This document shows positions 21,001-31,699 of a stretch of DNA of 64,000 nucleotides, one piece after another. Location: contig CAWIBP010000004.1 of NCBI GenBank assembly GCA_963834415.1, positions 7,077 to 71,076 of the forward strand. The letters run 5' to 3'. The notes under the pieces are model-generated. The model was not told where the DNA came from. It was given only the letters and a program-made list of their open reading frames with translations, and did not search any database. The position numbers and the translations under genes were made by a program. Source of the DNA: an uncultured Actinomycetes bacterium. GTDB taxonomy: Bacteria > Actinomycetota > Thermoleophilia > Gaiellales > JALYLC01. Position 1 is the first letter of the stretch. Each line of letters begins with the position of its first letter.

Positions 21001-21076
21001 CGCGGCCGCCCAAGCAGCGGGCGCGCGCCCGGCTTGGGGCTACGATGAATCGTCTGATGCGAAAGCCCAGAGCCTC

Positions 21077-22001
21077 TTGACCCCGCGCGTCGCCGCAGCA
21101 CCGTGTCTCCTACGGTGTCTTCGAGGTCACCGCCGGGCGCCCGGGCCTGCCCGAGGGCCCCGCGCTCGCCGAGGCGATCGCCGAGGGCGGGTACGCCGGC
21201 ACCGAGCTCGGCCCGCCCGGATACCTCGGCCGCGGCCGCGAGGTCGGCGAGCTGCTCGGCGATCACGAGCTCGAGCTCGTGGGCTCGTGCCTGCCGCTGC
21301 GCCTCGGCGCGCGAGGACGGCTTCGCGGAGGACCTGGGCGAGCTCGAGGGGGCGCTCGACCTGCTCGCCGAGGCCAGCGAGGGCCGCGAGCGGCCGGTCG
21401 TGCTGCTCTCGGACGCCGTCTGCGAGCCCGACCGCATGCGCCACGCGGGCGCGATCGAGGCCCACCGCGAGACCTGGCTCGGCGAGCGCGGCCGGCGCCT
21501 GCTCTTCGACAACGCGCACCGCGCGGCGGAGCAGTGCCGCGAGCGCGGGCTTCACGACGTCGTTCCATCCGCACGCGGGCAGCTACATCGAGAGCCCGCG
21601 CGAGGTCGACGCGCTGCTCGAGAACATGGACACCGGCCTGCTCGGCCTGTGCTTCGACGCGGGCCACTCGGCCTTCGGCGGCGGCGACCCGCTCGCGCTG
21701 CTGCGCGAGGCGGGCGAGCTCGTCAACCACGTGCACCTGAAGGACGTCGATCTCGACCGGCTCGCCCGCGTCCACAAGGAGCGCAAGGGGCTCGAGGACG
21801 CCCGGTCGTCGGGCGTCTTCTGCGAGCTCGGCACCGGCGGAGCGCGCGTCGGCGAGTGCCTGCAGCGAGCTGCTCGACGCCGGCTACGACGCCTGGATCG
21901 TGGTCGAGCAGGATCGCGTGCTCGCCTCCGGCGAGCCGTTCGACGACGTGCTCGAGTCGGCCGAGCGCAACCGCGAGTGGCTGCGGGAGCGCGGCCTGTG
22001 A
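21077..22001 (+). CDS. IolE-like sugar-phosphate isomerase/epimerase (myo-inosose-2 dehydratase-like TIM barrel), frameshifted
   Basis: AAAP.SYGVFE; GYAGTELGPPGYL; FHPHAGSYIE; LCFDAGH; HVHLKDV; FCELGTG; WIVVEQD. Confidence 0.8.
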
Positions 22002-22957
22002 GCGCGCGCGAGACGGCGGCGCGGCTCGGCCGCCTGCGCGGGCTCGACATGCTCAGCGACGCGCGCGGCATCTTCGCGCTCGCGGCCATCGACCACCGCG
22101 ACGCGCTCGGCGTCGCGTTCGAGCAGGCCGGCTTCCCGGCGCCGGCGCCCGAGCGGATCGCCGAGCTCAAGGTCACCATCGCGCGCGCGCTCGCACCGCA
22201 CGCGACCGGCCTCCTGATCGACGTCGAGCTGGGCGCTCCGGCGATCGCGCTACGGCGCGGCCGGCCCGTGCGGCGTCGTCGTGCCGCTCGAGGCGCAGGG
22301 CTACGAGGACGTCTCGGCCGGGCGCGTGACGACGTTCCTGCCCGGCTTCTCGCCCGCGCTCGCCCGCACGCTCGGCGCGACCGGCTGCAAGCTGCTGCTG
22401 CCCTATCGCCCCGACCACGAGGCCTCGGCCGCGCGCCAGGACGCGGTCGTGCTCGAGGCGCGTCGCGGGCTGCCACGCCGAGGGCCTGCCGCTGATCCTC
22501 GAGCCGATCCTCTACCAGCTGCCCGACGAGTCGGCCGACGACTTCGCCGCGGCGTTCCCGGCGCTCGTCGTCGCCACCGCGACGCGCCTGCAGCCGCTCG
22601 GGCCCGACATCCTCAAGGTGCAGTTCCCGCGCGACGACCGCGGCGACGAGGTCGGCCTGGTGCACGCAGCTCGACGAGGCCTGCGGCCGCACGCCGTGGG
22701 TGCTCCTGGGCGGCGGCGGCGCGCCCGAGGTGTTCGCGCGCGACCTGCGCATCGCCTGCCGCGCAGGCGCATCGGGCTTCATCGCCGGGCGCACGCTCTG
22801 GGCCGGCGTGATCGGCGACGACGACGACACCGAGACGTGGCTGCGCCGCGTCGGGGTGCCGCTGCTGCACTCGCTGCGCGACATCGCGCAGAGCGGGCGC
22901 TCGTGGCGCGAGCGGGCGGGCGCGGTCGACGCGCCGCCACGCGACTGGTTCAGCTAG
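21998..22957 (+). CDS. class I aldolase, tagatose-bisphosphate/sulfofructose-phosphate aldolase (LacD/YihT)-like, frameshifted
   Basis: FALAAIDHRDAL; ATGLLIDVELG; GCKLLLPYRPD; LILEPILY; DILKVQFP; PWVLLGGG; GASGFIAGRTLW. Confidence 0.85.
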
Positions 22958-23448
22958 CGGAAGCCCGGCGGCCCGAGGATCTCGATGCCGAAGCGCGCCG
23001 CGGCCGCGACCAGCGCGCCCATGTCGGGCGGGCCGTCCGGCGGAGGCGGCAGCGTCAGGGCCTCCGCCGGCACGCCGGCCTCCAGCACGAAGCCCTCGAA
23101 GCCGGCCGGGTCGGTGCCGAGCAGGAAGCGCGCCTGCGGCGTGACGACGTCGAACGTGTGCGGGATCCCGGCGCGGGCCGTAGACGAACGATCCGGCAGG
23201 CGCGGCGATCACGGTGCCGCCGACCCAGAACGCCATCTCGCCCTCGAGCACGTAGAACCACTCGTTGTCGTCGTGGTGGACGTGGAGCGGCGCGCCCGGC
23301 CCCTGCGGGCAGACGGCCTCGATCAGCGTGAGGCCCCCGCCGCTCGTCGCGGCCGAGGCCTTGATCGTGATGAGCTGGCCGAGGAACCAGAGCGACTCGC
23401 CCTCGCCCGGGCGCAGGGCGATGGGCTCGATGGCGCAGCGTCGGGCAT
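22954..23448 (-). CDS. cupin protein (quercetin 2,3-dioxygenase-like), frameshifted
   Basis: GESLWFLGQLITIKA; PLHVHHDDNEWFYVLEG; GIPHTF; RFGIEILGPP. Confidence 0.85.
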
Positions 23449-23509
23449 CTGAGCTTCCTGTCGAGTCGATGGCACGGCTGCTCCGAGCGCGCTGCTCGCG
23501 CCGCCGACG

Positions 23510-24511
23510 CTACACGTTTCGCGAGGGCCGACCGCGATGCCCGACTGCCGCGACTGCTGCAGCGCGAGCGTCGCGCGCAACGCCGCCGCGGCGTCCGAGG
23601 GGCGCGCCGCGTCCGGCACGGGGCCGCCGGCGATCGCGGCCGCGAGCGCGTCGATCTGGCGGGCGAGCGCGTCGAGCACCACGTCGTCGGTCGGCGGGAG
23701 CACCTCGCGGAAGCCGTCCTCCTGGCGCACGAGCAGCGCGCCGGCGCCGTGCGCCTCGCAGATCAGCGAGCCGCGCTCGCCGACGATCTCGCTGCGCACC
23801 AGGTCGGCGTGCACCGGGCTGCGGGCGAGGTCGAGCGAGACCGGCTGGCCGCCGGCCAGCATGAGCACGGCGGCGAGCGAGTCGACGTCGCCGACCGCGG
23901 CGATCTCGCTGCTGGTCGGCGCTCCGCGCGCGAATGCCTCGACGACGGGCGAGCCGCACAGCCAGGCCGCGAGGTCGCACTCGTGGATTCCGCAGTCGAC
24001 CTCGATGCCGCCGCTGACCGCGGGGTCGCCGAACCCCGGCGAGAGCGGCTCGGCGCCCCACTGCGCGAGCCGCAGCATGCGCGGCGGCGCCGATCGCGTC
24101 CTGCGCGAGCAGCCGGCGCGCCTCGCGGTAGGGCCAGGCGTGGCGGCGCCAGAAGCCGACGTGCAGGCGCGAGCCCGCGGCGGTCGGCCTCGGCGGCGAG
24201 CCGCATGTCGGTCTGCGGGTCGAACGTCAGCGGGCGCTCGCAGAGCACGTGCTTGCCCGCCCCGAGCGCGGCGGCGACGAGCGCCTCGTGCCGGAGCGTC
24301 GGCGCCGCGATCACGACGGCGTGCACGTCGTCGCGCCCCAGCGTCTGCTCGAGCTCGGCGTCGACCGGCACGCCGGCCGCGCGGCCAAGGGCGCGCGGCC
24401 GCGGGCGACGGGTCGCAGATCGCGACGCAGCTGCACGCGCCGGGCGCGCGGCAGCGCGCGCAGGTGCAGCGCACCCATGCGGCCCGCTCCGACGATCGCG
24501 AGGCCGGTCAC
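23510..24511 (-). CDS. Gfo/Idh/MocA oxidoreductase (IolG/inositol 2-dehydrogenase-like), frameshifted
   Basis: LAIVGAGRMGALH; AVVIAAPTLRHE; GKHVLCERP; SGGIEVDCGIHECD. Confidence 0.8.
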
Positions 24512-24588
24512 GGGCGCACCCCGTGGAGCCGCTCGATCGCGGCATGGCCTTCGTCGTCGCAGAGCACGGCGATGAGCTCCCTGCTCAT
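24508..24588 (-). CDS. 26-aa ORF coupled to both neighbours (small protein or deletion remnant)
   Basis: MSRELIAVLCDDEGHAAIERLHGVRP; ATGA overlap with the iolC stop and GTGA overlap with the oxidoreductase start. Confidence 0.4.
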   Translation of the reverse strand: MSRELIAVLCDDEGHAAIERLHGVRP

Positions 24589-25523
24589 GTGGCGAGCAGC
24601 GCCCGGACCTCGTGCTCCTCGGGCATCGCGTCCGCGCACAGCAGCCGCGAGGCGACGATCGCGCCCGCCGCATTGGCGAAGCGCACGCACTCGGCGGGCG
24701 GCCAGCCGGCCAGCAGCCCGTGGCAGAGCGCGCCGCCGAAGGCATCGCCGGCGCCGAGCCCGCACACCACCTGCACGCGCAGGCCCGTCACGACCTCGCG
24801 CTCGCCGCGGCGTCGCGACGAGCACGCCGTCGCCGCCCTGCTTGACGATCGCGAGCCCGCAGCCACGCGCGAGCAGGGCGTCGGCGGCGGCCTGCGGGTC
24901 GTCCGTGCCGACACTGATGCGGCACTCCTCGCGGTTGCCGACGGCGTTCCCGGCGAGCTCGAGCGCGGCGCCGATCACGGCGCTCGCCTCGGCCTCGTCG
25001 CGCCAGAACACCGGGCGGTAGTCGAGGTCGAGGATGGTCGTCGCGCGATCGCGGTCGCCCATGAGCGCGAGCGCGGTGCCGCGCGAGGGCTCCTGCCGAG
25101 AGCGCCGATGCGCTGATCCAGAGGATCGCGGCGTCGTGCACGGCCTGGCGGTCGATGTCGATCGAGCCTGATCTGCATGTCGGGCGCGGCGGGCTCGCGG
25201 TAGAAGAGGAGCTGCGGATCCTCCGGCGGGTCCATGGCCGCGAAGGCGAGCGGCGTGCGCAGCGTGGGGTGCGTGCCGACGAAGCGGACGTCGACGCCGA
25301 AGCGGTCGGCGAGCGCCTCGCGCACGTACTCGCCGAACGGGTCGTCGCCCACGGCGGTGATGACGGCCGCCCGGCGGCCGAGGCGTGCCGCGGCGACGGC
25401 GACGTTGGTCGGGCTGCCGCCGATCGACTTCGCGAACGTCTCGACCTGCGAGTAGCTCGCGTCCTGCTCGCGCGCGTAGAGGTCGACGCTGACGCGGCCG
25501 ACGGTTACCAGCTCGAGGCTCAC
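24585..25523 (-). CDS. iolC: 5-dehydro-2-deoxygluconokinase (PfkB family), frameshifted
   Basis: VGRVSVDLY; FAKSIGGSPTNVAVAAARLG; LFYREPAAPD; LDLDYRPVFW; GLGAGDAFGGALCHGLL; ANAAGAIVASRL. Confidence 0.9.
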
Positions 25524-25575
25524 GCTCCGGATCTTGGCGGATGGGCGGCGCACGCGCGCCCGCAGGCCGCGCCGA

Positions 25576-26483
25576 TCAGCCGAGGATGAAGGCGCCCGGG
25601 GGCGGCTCGACCCACGCCGAGGAGCGCAGCGCCGTGATCAGCGCGTCGGCCTGCGGCGAGAACTCGACGCGCGTGTAGGCACCGAGACGGCGGAAGATCG
25701 GCGGGTCGGCGACGCGGACGTGCTCGCGCAGCTCGGAGGGGACGATGTTGGCCGGCACGATCGCGACGCCGACGCCCGCCGCCGCGAGCCGCGCGGCGGC
25801 CTCGACCTGGGCCGTGCGCACCGCATCGCGCGGCGCGAACCCGGCGCTCGCGCAGATCGCGACGACGATTCCGTGCAGCCCGTGCGTGGGCGGGAAGAGG
25901 ATCCAGCCGTCGTCGGCCAGCGAGTCGAGCCGGATCGGCGCGGGCGAGGCGAACGCCCGGTGCCGCCGGCCGACGATCACGACGAACGACTCGTGGCCGA
26001 GGAAGACCGCGGGCCCGTGGCGGCCCGGCTGCGGCATCGGGCCCGATCGCGACGTCGGCGATGCCCGCGTCGAGCGCATCCTCGAGCACGTCGCGATGGG
26101 GGAACTCGTGCAGGCGCACCGACATGCCGGGGTGGGCCTCGCACATGCGCTGGATCGCGGGCGGGAGCAGGCCGACGGCGAGCGAGAGCACCGTCGCGAT
26201 CTCGATCTCGGCGAGCTCGAGGGTGAGCGCGGCGCGGCCGGCGCGCTGCGCCCGCTGGGCGGCGAGGAGGGCGCTGCGCGCCTCGGGCAGGAACGCGCGG
26301 CCGGCCGGGGTCAGGCGCGCGCCGCGCGGCAGGCGCTCGAGCAGCGGCCCGCCGACCTCGACGCTCGAGCAGCCGGATCTGCTGCGAGATCGACGGCGCC
26401 GCGACGTGCAGCCGGTGGGCCGCCGCGCGGAACGAGCCGTCCTCGGCGATCGCGAGCAGGTACTCGAGCTGCCGGAGGTTCAC
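25576..26483 (-). CDS. LysR family transcriptional regulator, frameshifted
   Basis: VNLRQLEYLLAIAEDGSFRAAAHRLHVAAPSISQQIRLLE; substrate-binding domain lies in ORF 25576..26079. Confidence 0.92.
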
Positions 26484-26497
26484 GTCTCGCGGAACGA

Positions 26498-26510
26498 TAG
26501 GCAATGCCTA
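26498..26510. promoter_or_regulatory. LysR T-N11-A operator
   Basis: Perfect palindrome TAGGCA-A-TGCCTA between divergent LysR and the Mo-hydroxylase operon. Confidence 0.7.
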
Positions 26511-26570
26511 ACGCAGCGGACGGGAATTGGTCATTGTTCTCTCGATGGCAGCGGCGTAGCATCGCCCGGG

Positions 26571-26999
26571 ATGACACGCACACCTGCTCCGAACGCCGAC
26601 GATGACGGGTTCGCGGACTGGTCGCCCGAGCTGCGCGACGAGCTCGCGTCGCACACGTCGAATCCGCTCGTCGGCACGCGCCTCCTGCGGGAGGACGCAC
26701 GCTCCCGGGTCTGGGAGATCCGCCTCGCGCCCGGCGAGCGCCTCGCCTTCCACCGCCACGTCCTCGACTACTTCTGGACGTGCGTGAGCGGCGGCGACGC
26801 GATCAGCCGCGACGGCGAGGGGAACACCCACGGCCGGCACTACGAGGTCTCCGAGACGCGCGCGCTCTCGTTCGGCGAGGGCGAGTCGATGATCCACGAC
26901 CTCGTCAACTCGGGCACGGAGGACATCGTGTTCACCACCGTCGAGTTCCTCGACAGCGCGAACGCGCCGCTCCCGCTCGCGGTCAGGGCGCGGGCATGA
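26571..26999 (+). CDS. cupin-fold protein
   Basis: VGTRLLRED.RSRVWEIRLAPGERLAFHRHVLDYFW; IHDLVNSG; ATGA overlap with the next gene. Confidence 0.8.
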   Translation: MTRTPAPNADDDGFADWSPELRDELASHTSNPLVGTRLLREDARSRVWEIRLAPGERLAFHRHVLDYFWTCVSGGDAISRDGEGNTHGRHYEVSETRALSFGEGESMIHDLVNSGTEDIVFTTVEFLDSANAPLPLAVRARA

Positions 27000-27871
27000 A
27001 GGCGGCGCCGTTCGCCTACCACGCGCCCGCGACGATCGACGAGGCGGTCGCCCTGCTCGAGCCGGGCGGCGACGTGCGGGTGCTGGCCGGCGGCCAGAGC
27101 CTGATGGCGCTGATGAAGATGCGCCGGCGCGAAGCCGCGCGCGCTCGTCGACATCAACGGCGTGGCCGGCCTCGACGCGATCGAGGAGCGCGACGGCGAG
27201 CTCGTCGTCGGCGCCCTCGTGCGCCAGCAGACGCTGCTCGACGACCCGCTCGTGGCGCGCTCGTGGCCGCTCATCCGCGAGGCGCTCGGCTACGTCGGCT
27301 ACCGCGCGACGCGCCACCGCGGCACCGTCGGCGGCTCGCTCGCGTTCGCCGCCGCCTGGGCCGAGCTGACCGCGGTCGCCGTCGCGCTCGACGCGAGCAT
27401 CGACGCGCCGCTCGCAGCGCGGCACGCGCACGATCGCAGCGCGCCGACTTCTTCCTCGGCCCGAACGAGACCGCGCTCGAGGCCGACGAGCTGCTCACCG
27501 CCGTGCGCTTCCCCGCGCCCGCGGCGCGCACGGGCTCGGCCTTCCACGAGGTCAGCGCGCGCTACCGCGACTACGCGCAGGTCGGCGCCGCAGCCGTCGT
27601 CGAGCTCGCCGCCGACGGCACGTGCAGCGCGGCGACGCTCGTGCTGCTGCGCGTCGCCGACACGCCCCACCGCGCCGAGATCGACGCGCTCGTGCGCGGC
27701 ACCGCGCTCGACGAGGCGACGCTCGCAGCCGTCGTGGCGAAGCTCGGCGAGCTCGATCCCCCGGACGACATCGAGGTCTCCGGCAGCTACCGGCGGCGCG
27801 TCGCCGGCGTCCTCGCGCGCCGCGCGCTGCTGGACGCCGCCGCGCGCGCGGCCGCGGAGGAGGCAGCGTGA
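26996..27871 (+). CDS. molybdenum hydroxylase FAD-binding subunit (CoxM-like), frameshifted
   Basis: MKAAPFAYHAPATIDEA; LAGGQSL; RHRGTVGGSLA; SGSYRRRVAGVL. Confidence 0.9.
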   Translation: MKAAPFAYHAPATIDEAVALLEPGGDVRVLAGGQSLMALMKMRRREAARARRHQRRGRPRRDRGARRRARRRRPRAPADAARRPARGALVAAHPRGARLRRLPRDAPPRHRRRLARVRRRLGRADRGRRRARREHRRAARSAARARSQRADFFLGPNETALEADELLTAVRFPAPAARTGSAFHEVSARYRDYAQVGAAAVVELAADGTCSAATLVLLRVADTPHRAEIDALVRGTALDEATLAAVVAKLGELDPPDDIEVSGSYRRRVAGVLARRALLDAAARAAAEEAA

Positions 27872-28376
27872 CGCACCCACCCCGTGCGCATCGAGGTCAA
27901 CGGCCGCTGGCACGAGGGCGACGTCGAGGCCCGGCGCACGCTCGCCGACTTCCTGCGCGAGGATCTCGACCTGACCGGCACGCACCTCGCGTGCGAGCAC
28001 GGCTTCTGCGGCAACTGCAACGTGCTGCTCGACGGCCAGAGCATCCGCTCGTGCCTGATGCTCGCCGTGCAGGCCGACGGCCACGCGGTCGAGACCGTCG
28101 AGGGGCTCGCCGAGCGCGACGGCACGCTGAGCGCGCTCCAGCAGTCGCGTTCACCGAGCACCACGGCCTGCAGTGCGGGTTCTGCACGCCGGCGATGCTG
28201 ATGACGGCGGTCGAGTTCATGCGCGCCAATCCGGAGGGCGGGAGCGCGGAGCGAGATCCGCGAGGCGATCAGCGGCGTCGACGTGCCGCTGCACCGGCTA
28301 CCAGCAGATCGTCGAGGCGATCCAGGCCGCGTCGCAGGCGGTCGTGCCCGGCGCGCTCGAGGGAGGCTCGCGATGA
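27868..28376 (+). CDS. molybdenum hydroxylase 2Fe-2S subunit (CoxS-like), frameshifted
   Basis: LTGTHLACEHGFCGNCNV; RSCLMLA; LQCGFCTP; CRCTGY. Confidence 0.92.
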
Positions 28377-30846
28377 TCATCGAGCAGGATCCGAACGCCG
28401 CGAAGGTCGCGCTCGACACCGCCGGCGAGGAGGGCGTGACGCGCCGCTGGCTCGGCAAGAGCATCAACCGCGTCGAGGATCCGCGCTTCCTGCGCGGCGA
28501 GGGCCGCTACATCGACGACATCAAGCTGCCCGGCATGGCGCACGCGGCGATCGTCCGCAGCCCGCACGCGCACGCGCGGATCGTCGCGATCCGCACCGAG
28601 GCGGCCGAGCAGCTGCCCGGCGTGATCGCCGTCGTGACCGGCAAGGACGTCGCCGAGCGCGCGAACCCGCTGCCCTCGTTCGGCGCCGGACCGATCATCC
28701 AGGACATGATCGCGGTCGAGAAGGTGCGCCACTACGGCGAGACCGTCGCGGCCGTGATCGCCGAGAACCGCTACGTCGCCGAGGACGCCTGCGACCTGAT
28801 CGAGGTCGACTACGAGCCGCTGCCGCCGGTGCTCGATCCCTTCGACGCGCGCAAGGACGGCGCGCCGCTCGTGCACGACAAGATGGGCACGAACGTCGCC
28901 TACGAGCGCACGTTCACGTTCGGCGAGGTCGACGGGGCCTTCGCGGACGCCGACCGCACGGTGCGCGCCGAGCTCTACTGGCCGCGCTCGACCGGCATGC
29001 CGATGGACACGAACGGCGCGATCGCCGACTACGACCGCGGCACGGGCGTGCTCACGATCTACGGCAACTCGATGAACTTCACGTACTTCCTGTGGCTGCT
29101 ACGCGGCGACGCTGAAGATCCCGGCGAGCAAGCTCAGGCTCGTGCCGGTCGCGGCCGGCGGCAGCTTCGGCTCGAAGTTCTTCATGCACAAGGTGCCGAT
29201 GCTTCACGGCGTTCCTCGCGATGGTCGCCGGGCTGCCCGGTGAAGTACGTCGAGGATCGCGTCGCGCACATCACCAACAACGACCACTGCGGCTCCGACC
29301 GCGCTCTACGACGCCGCGCTCGCGTTCGACGACGACGGCACGTTCCAGGCGCGTGCGCATCTCGTGCGTGGACGACTACGGCGCGTACCTGCAGTTCGGC
29401 ACCGGCACGCACGGCAACGCGCTCTCGCAGATCGTCGGGCCCGTACCGGATCCAGCACGTCGAGTACTCGCTCGCCGCGGTCCTGACGAACAAGAACCAG
29501 CAGGGCGCCTACCGCGGCTTCGGCGCCGAGGTCAGCAACTGGGTGATCGAGCGGCTCGTCGACCTCGCCGCGCAGGATCTCGGACCTCGACCGCGTCGAG
29601 ATCCGCCGCCGCAACCTGATCGCCGCCGACCAGTTCCCCTACCGCACGCCGACCGGCAACATCTACGACAGCGGCAACTACCAGGGCGTGCTCGAGAAGG
29701 TGCTCGCGGCGGTCGACTACGACCACTGGGTCGCCGAGCGCGATCGTGCCCGCGCCGAGGGGCGGCACGTCGGCATCGGCGTCGTCGCCTCCAACGAGCG
29801 CAGCGTGTTCAGCTCGACCGAGTTCTGGTTCTGGTTCGACAAGCCCGAGTTCACGCCGACCTCGAGCCCCGAGAGCGCGAGCCTGCAGATCGACCCGACC
29901 GGCAACATCGTCGTCACGCTGCACTCGCAGTCGCTCTGGGGCAACAGCCCCGAGACCGTCGTCTCGCAGGTCGTCGCCGAGGAGTTCGACGTCGATCCCG
30001 ACGCTCGATCACGGTGACCTACGCCGACTCGCAGCACGCGCTGCCGGGCACCGGCCCGGGCGGCTCGCGCTACACGGTGATGGTCTCGGGCGCGGTCGCC
30101 GGCGCGGCCGCCGAGCTGAAGGACAAGATCAAGCGGCTCGTGGCGCACAAGCTCGAGGTGGCCGAGGACGACCTCGAGTTCCGCGACGGCGCGCGTGGGC
30201 GTGCGCGGCGTGCCCGACCGCGCAGATGACGCTCGCCGAGATCGCGCTCACGGCGTACATGTTCCGGCTCGACCTGCCGGCCGACATGGAGAGCGGCCTG
30301 GCGTCGCAGTCGACCTACGACCATCCGCTGACGACGCTCCCGAACGCCGACCGCTCCGACCTCGGCATCTTCTACCCGTTCGTCGGCCACGCCTGGCACA
30401 TCGCGGTGATCGAGGTCGATCCCGAGACCGGGAAGCTGCAGTTCCTGCGCTATGCGGCCGTGCACGACGCCGGCACGATCGTCAACCCGAAGACGCTCGA
30501 CGGCCAGATCATCGGCGGCACCGTCCAGGGCCTCGGCACGGCGCTGCTCGAGGAGTACAAGTACGACGACCGAGGGCCGCGTGCTCAACTCCGACTTCGA
30601 GTACTACCACCTGCCGTCGTCGATGGACGTGCCGATCATGACGGTCGACCACCAGGAGACGCCGTCGCCGTACACGCCGTACGGCATCAAGGGCGCGGGC
30701 GAGGGCGGGCGCATGCTGACGCCCGCGATCATGAGCGCCGCGATCGAGGACGCGCTCTCGCCCTACGGCGTGCAGATCACGTCGCTGCCGATCACCGCGG
30801 AGCAGATCGTCGAGTGGGTCGCCGCGGCGAGGAAGGTCAAGTCTGA
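28373..30846 (+). CDS. xanthine dehydrogenase-family molybdopterin-binding large subunit, frameshifted
   Basis: RVEDPRFLRGEGRYIDD; GGSFGSK; QGAYRGFG; GPGGSR; DAGTIVNP..GQIIGG; GIKGAGEGG. Confidence 0.92.
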
Positions 30847-31311
30847 TGCGCGCGACCGGCTTCAACCACGTCAGCATCCACGCGCTCGATCTCGAGGCGT
30901 CGGTGCGCTTCTACACCGAGGTCTTCGGGATGGAGAGGATCCCGACGTACACGTTCGCGTTCCCGGTGCAGTACCTGCGCCTCGGCGACCTGCAGCTGCA
31001 CCTCTTCCAGCGCGAGGCCGACGCCCCGGCGTTCCACCACATCGGCATCGACGTGGACGACTTCGAGGCGCGCCTACGAGCGCGTGCAGGAGCTCGGGAT
31101 CGCCGAGCGGGACTCGTTCTTCGAGGACATGTACGAGCTGCCCGACGGCTCGGTGCAGATGTACCTGCGCGACCCCGCGGGCAACCTGATCGAGCTCGAC
31201 TGGCCCGACGTGACGACGATCGACCGCACGCGCGTGCCCGAGATCCGCAAGCTCGACGACAGCGTCCCGCAGACGGCCGAGGCCGCGGGCGCCACGCTCT
31301 ACCTGAAGTGA
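30846..31311 (+). CDS. VOC/glyoxalase family protein, frameshifted
   Basis: FNHVSIHALDLEASVRFYTEVFG; HHIGIDVDD; MYLRDPAGNLIEL. Confidence 0.88.
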
Positions 31312-31699
31312 GGCTCGTCGGCGAAGCCCGGTCCGGCGAGCGCCGCGATCAACTTCGTCGTCAGCTCGTCGAGCGCCGCGATCTGCACGTCGCCGGCGAG
31401 CCCCAGCGTGTACCGCGTCCCGTCGCTCGACCGCTTGGAACCAGAGCGTGACGGGTTCGCGGGCCGGCTCGTGGCGGTGGACGCCGGCCTGCGCGGCGAG
31501 CCCGGCGCCGTCGAGTGCGTCGCGTACCTCGGCGACGGTTGCAGCGTCGAGCTGCGCGGCGGCGACCCACGGCCCGCCGTCGCGGCACGACTCGTGGCGG
31601 CCGTCGTCCCACACGCGCCAGCCCGACTCCCCGCCCTCCTCCGGGACGTGGACGGACTGCACGAGCAGCCCGTGCAGGAAGCGGCGGCGGCGCGCTCAC
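31299..31699 (-). CDS. hypothetical protein coupled to the upstream OmpA/metalloprotease gene, frameshifted
   Basis: GTGA overlap at 31696-31699; reconstructed ..ESGWRVWDDGRHESCRDGGPW..LDAATVAEVRDALDGAGL..IAALDELTTKLIAAL. Confidence 0.55.

Noticed and set aside
19595..22495. 966-aa ankyrin-IolE-aldolase fusion in the ORF track
   Set aside because: Read-through artefact from indels and scarce stop codons at high GC; each gene has its own start and stop in other frames.
28373..30846. Aerobic CO dehydrogenase (coxL)
   Set aside because: The active-site loop is AYRGFG, not AYRCSFR, and no cox accessory genes are present.
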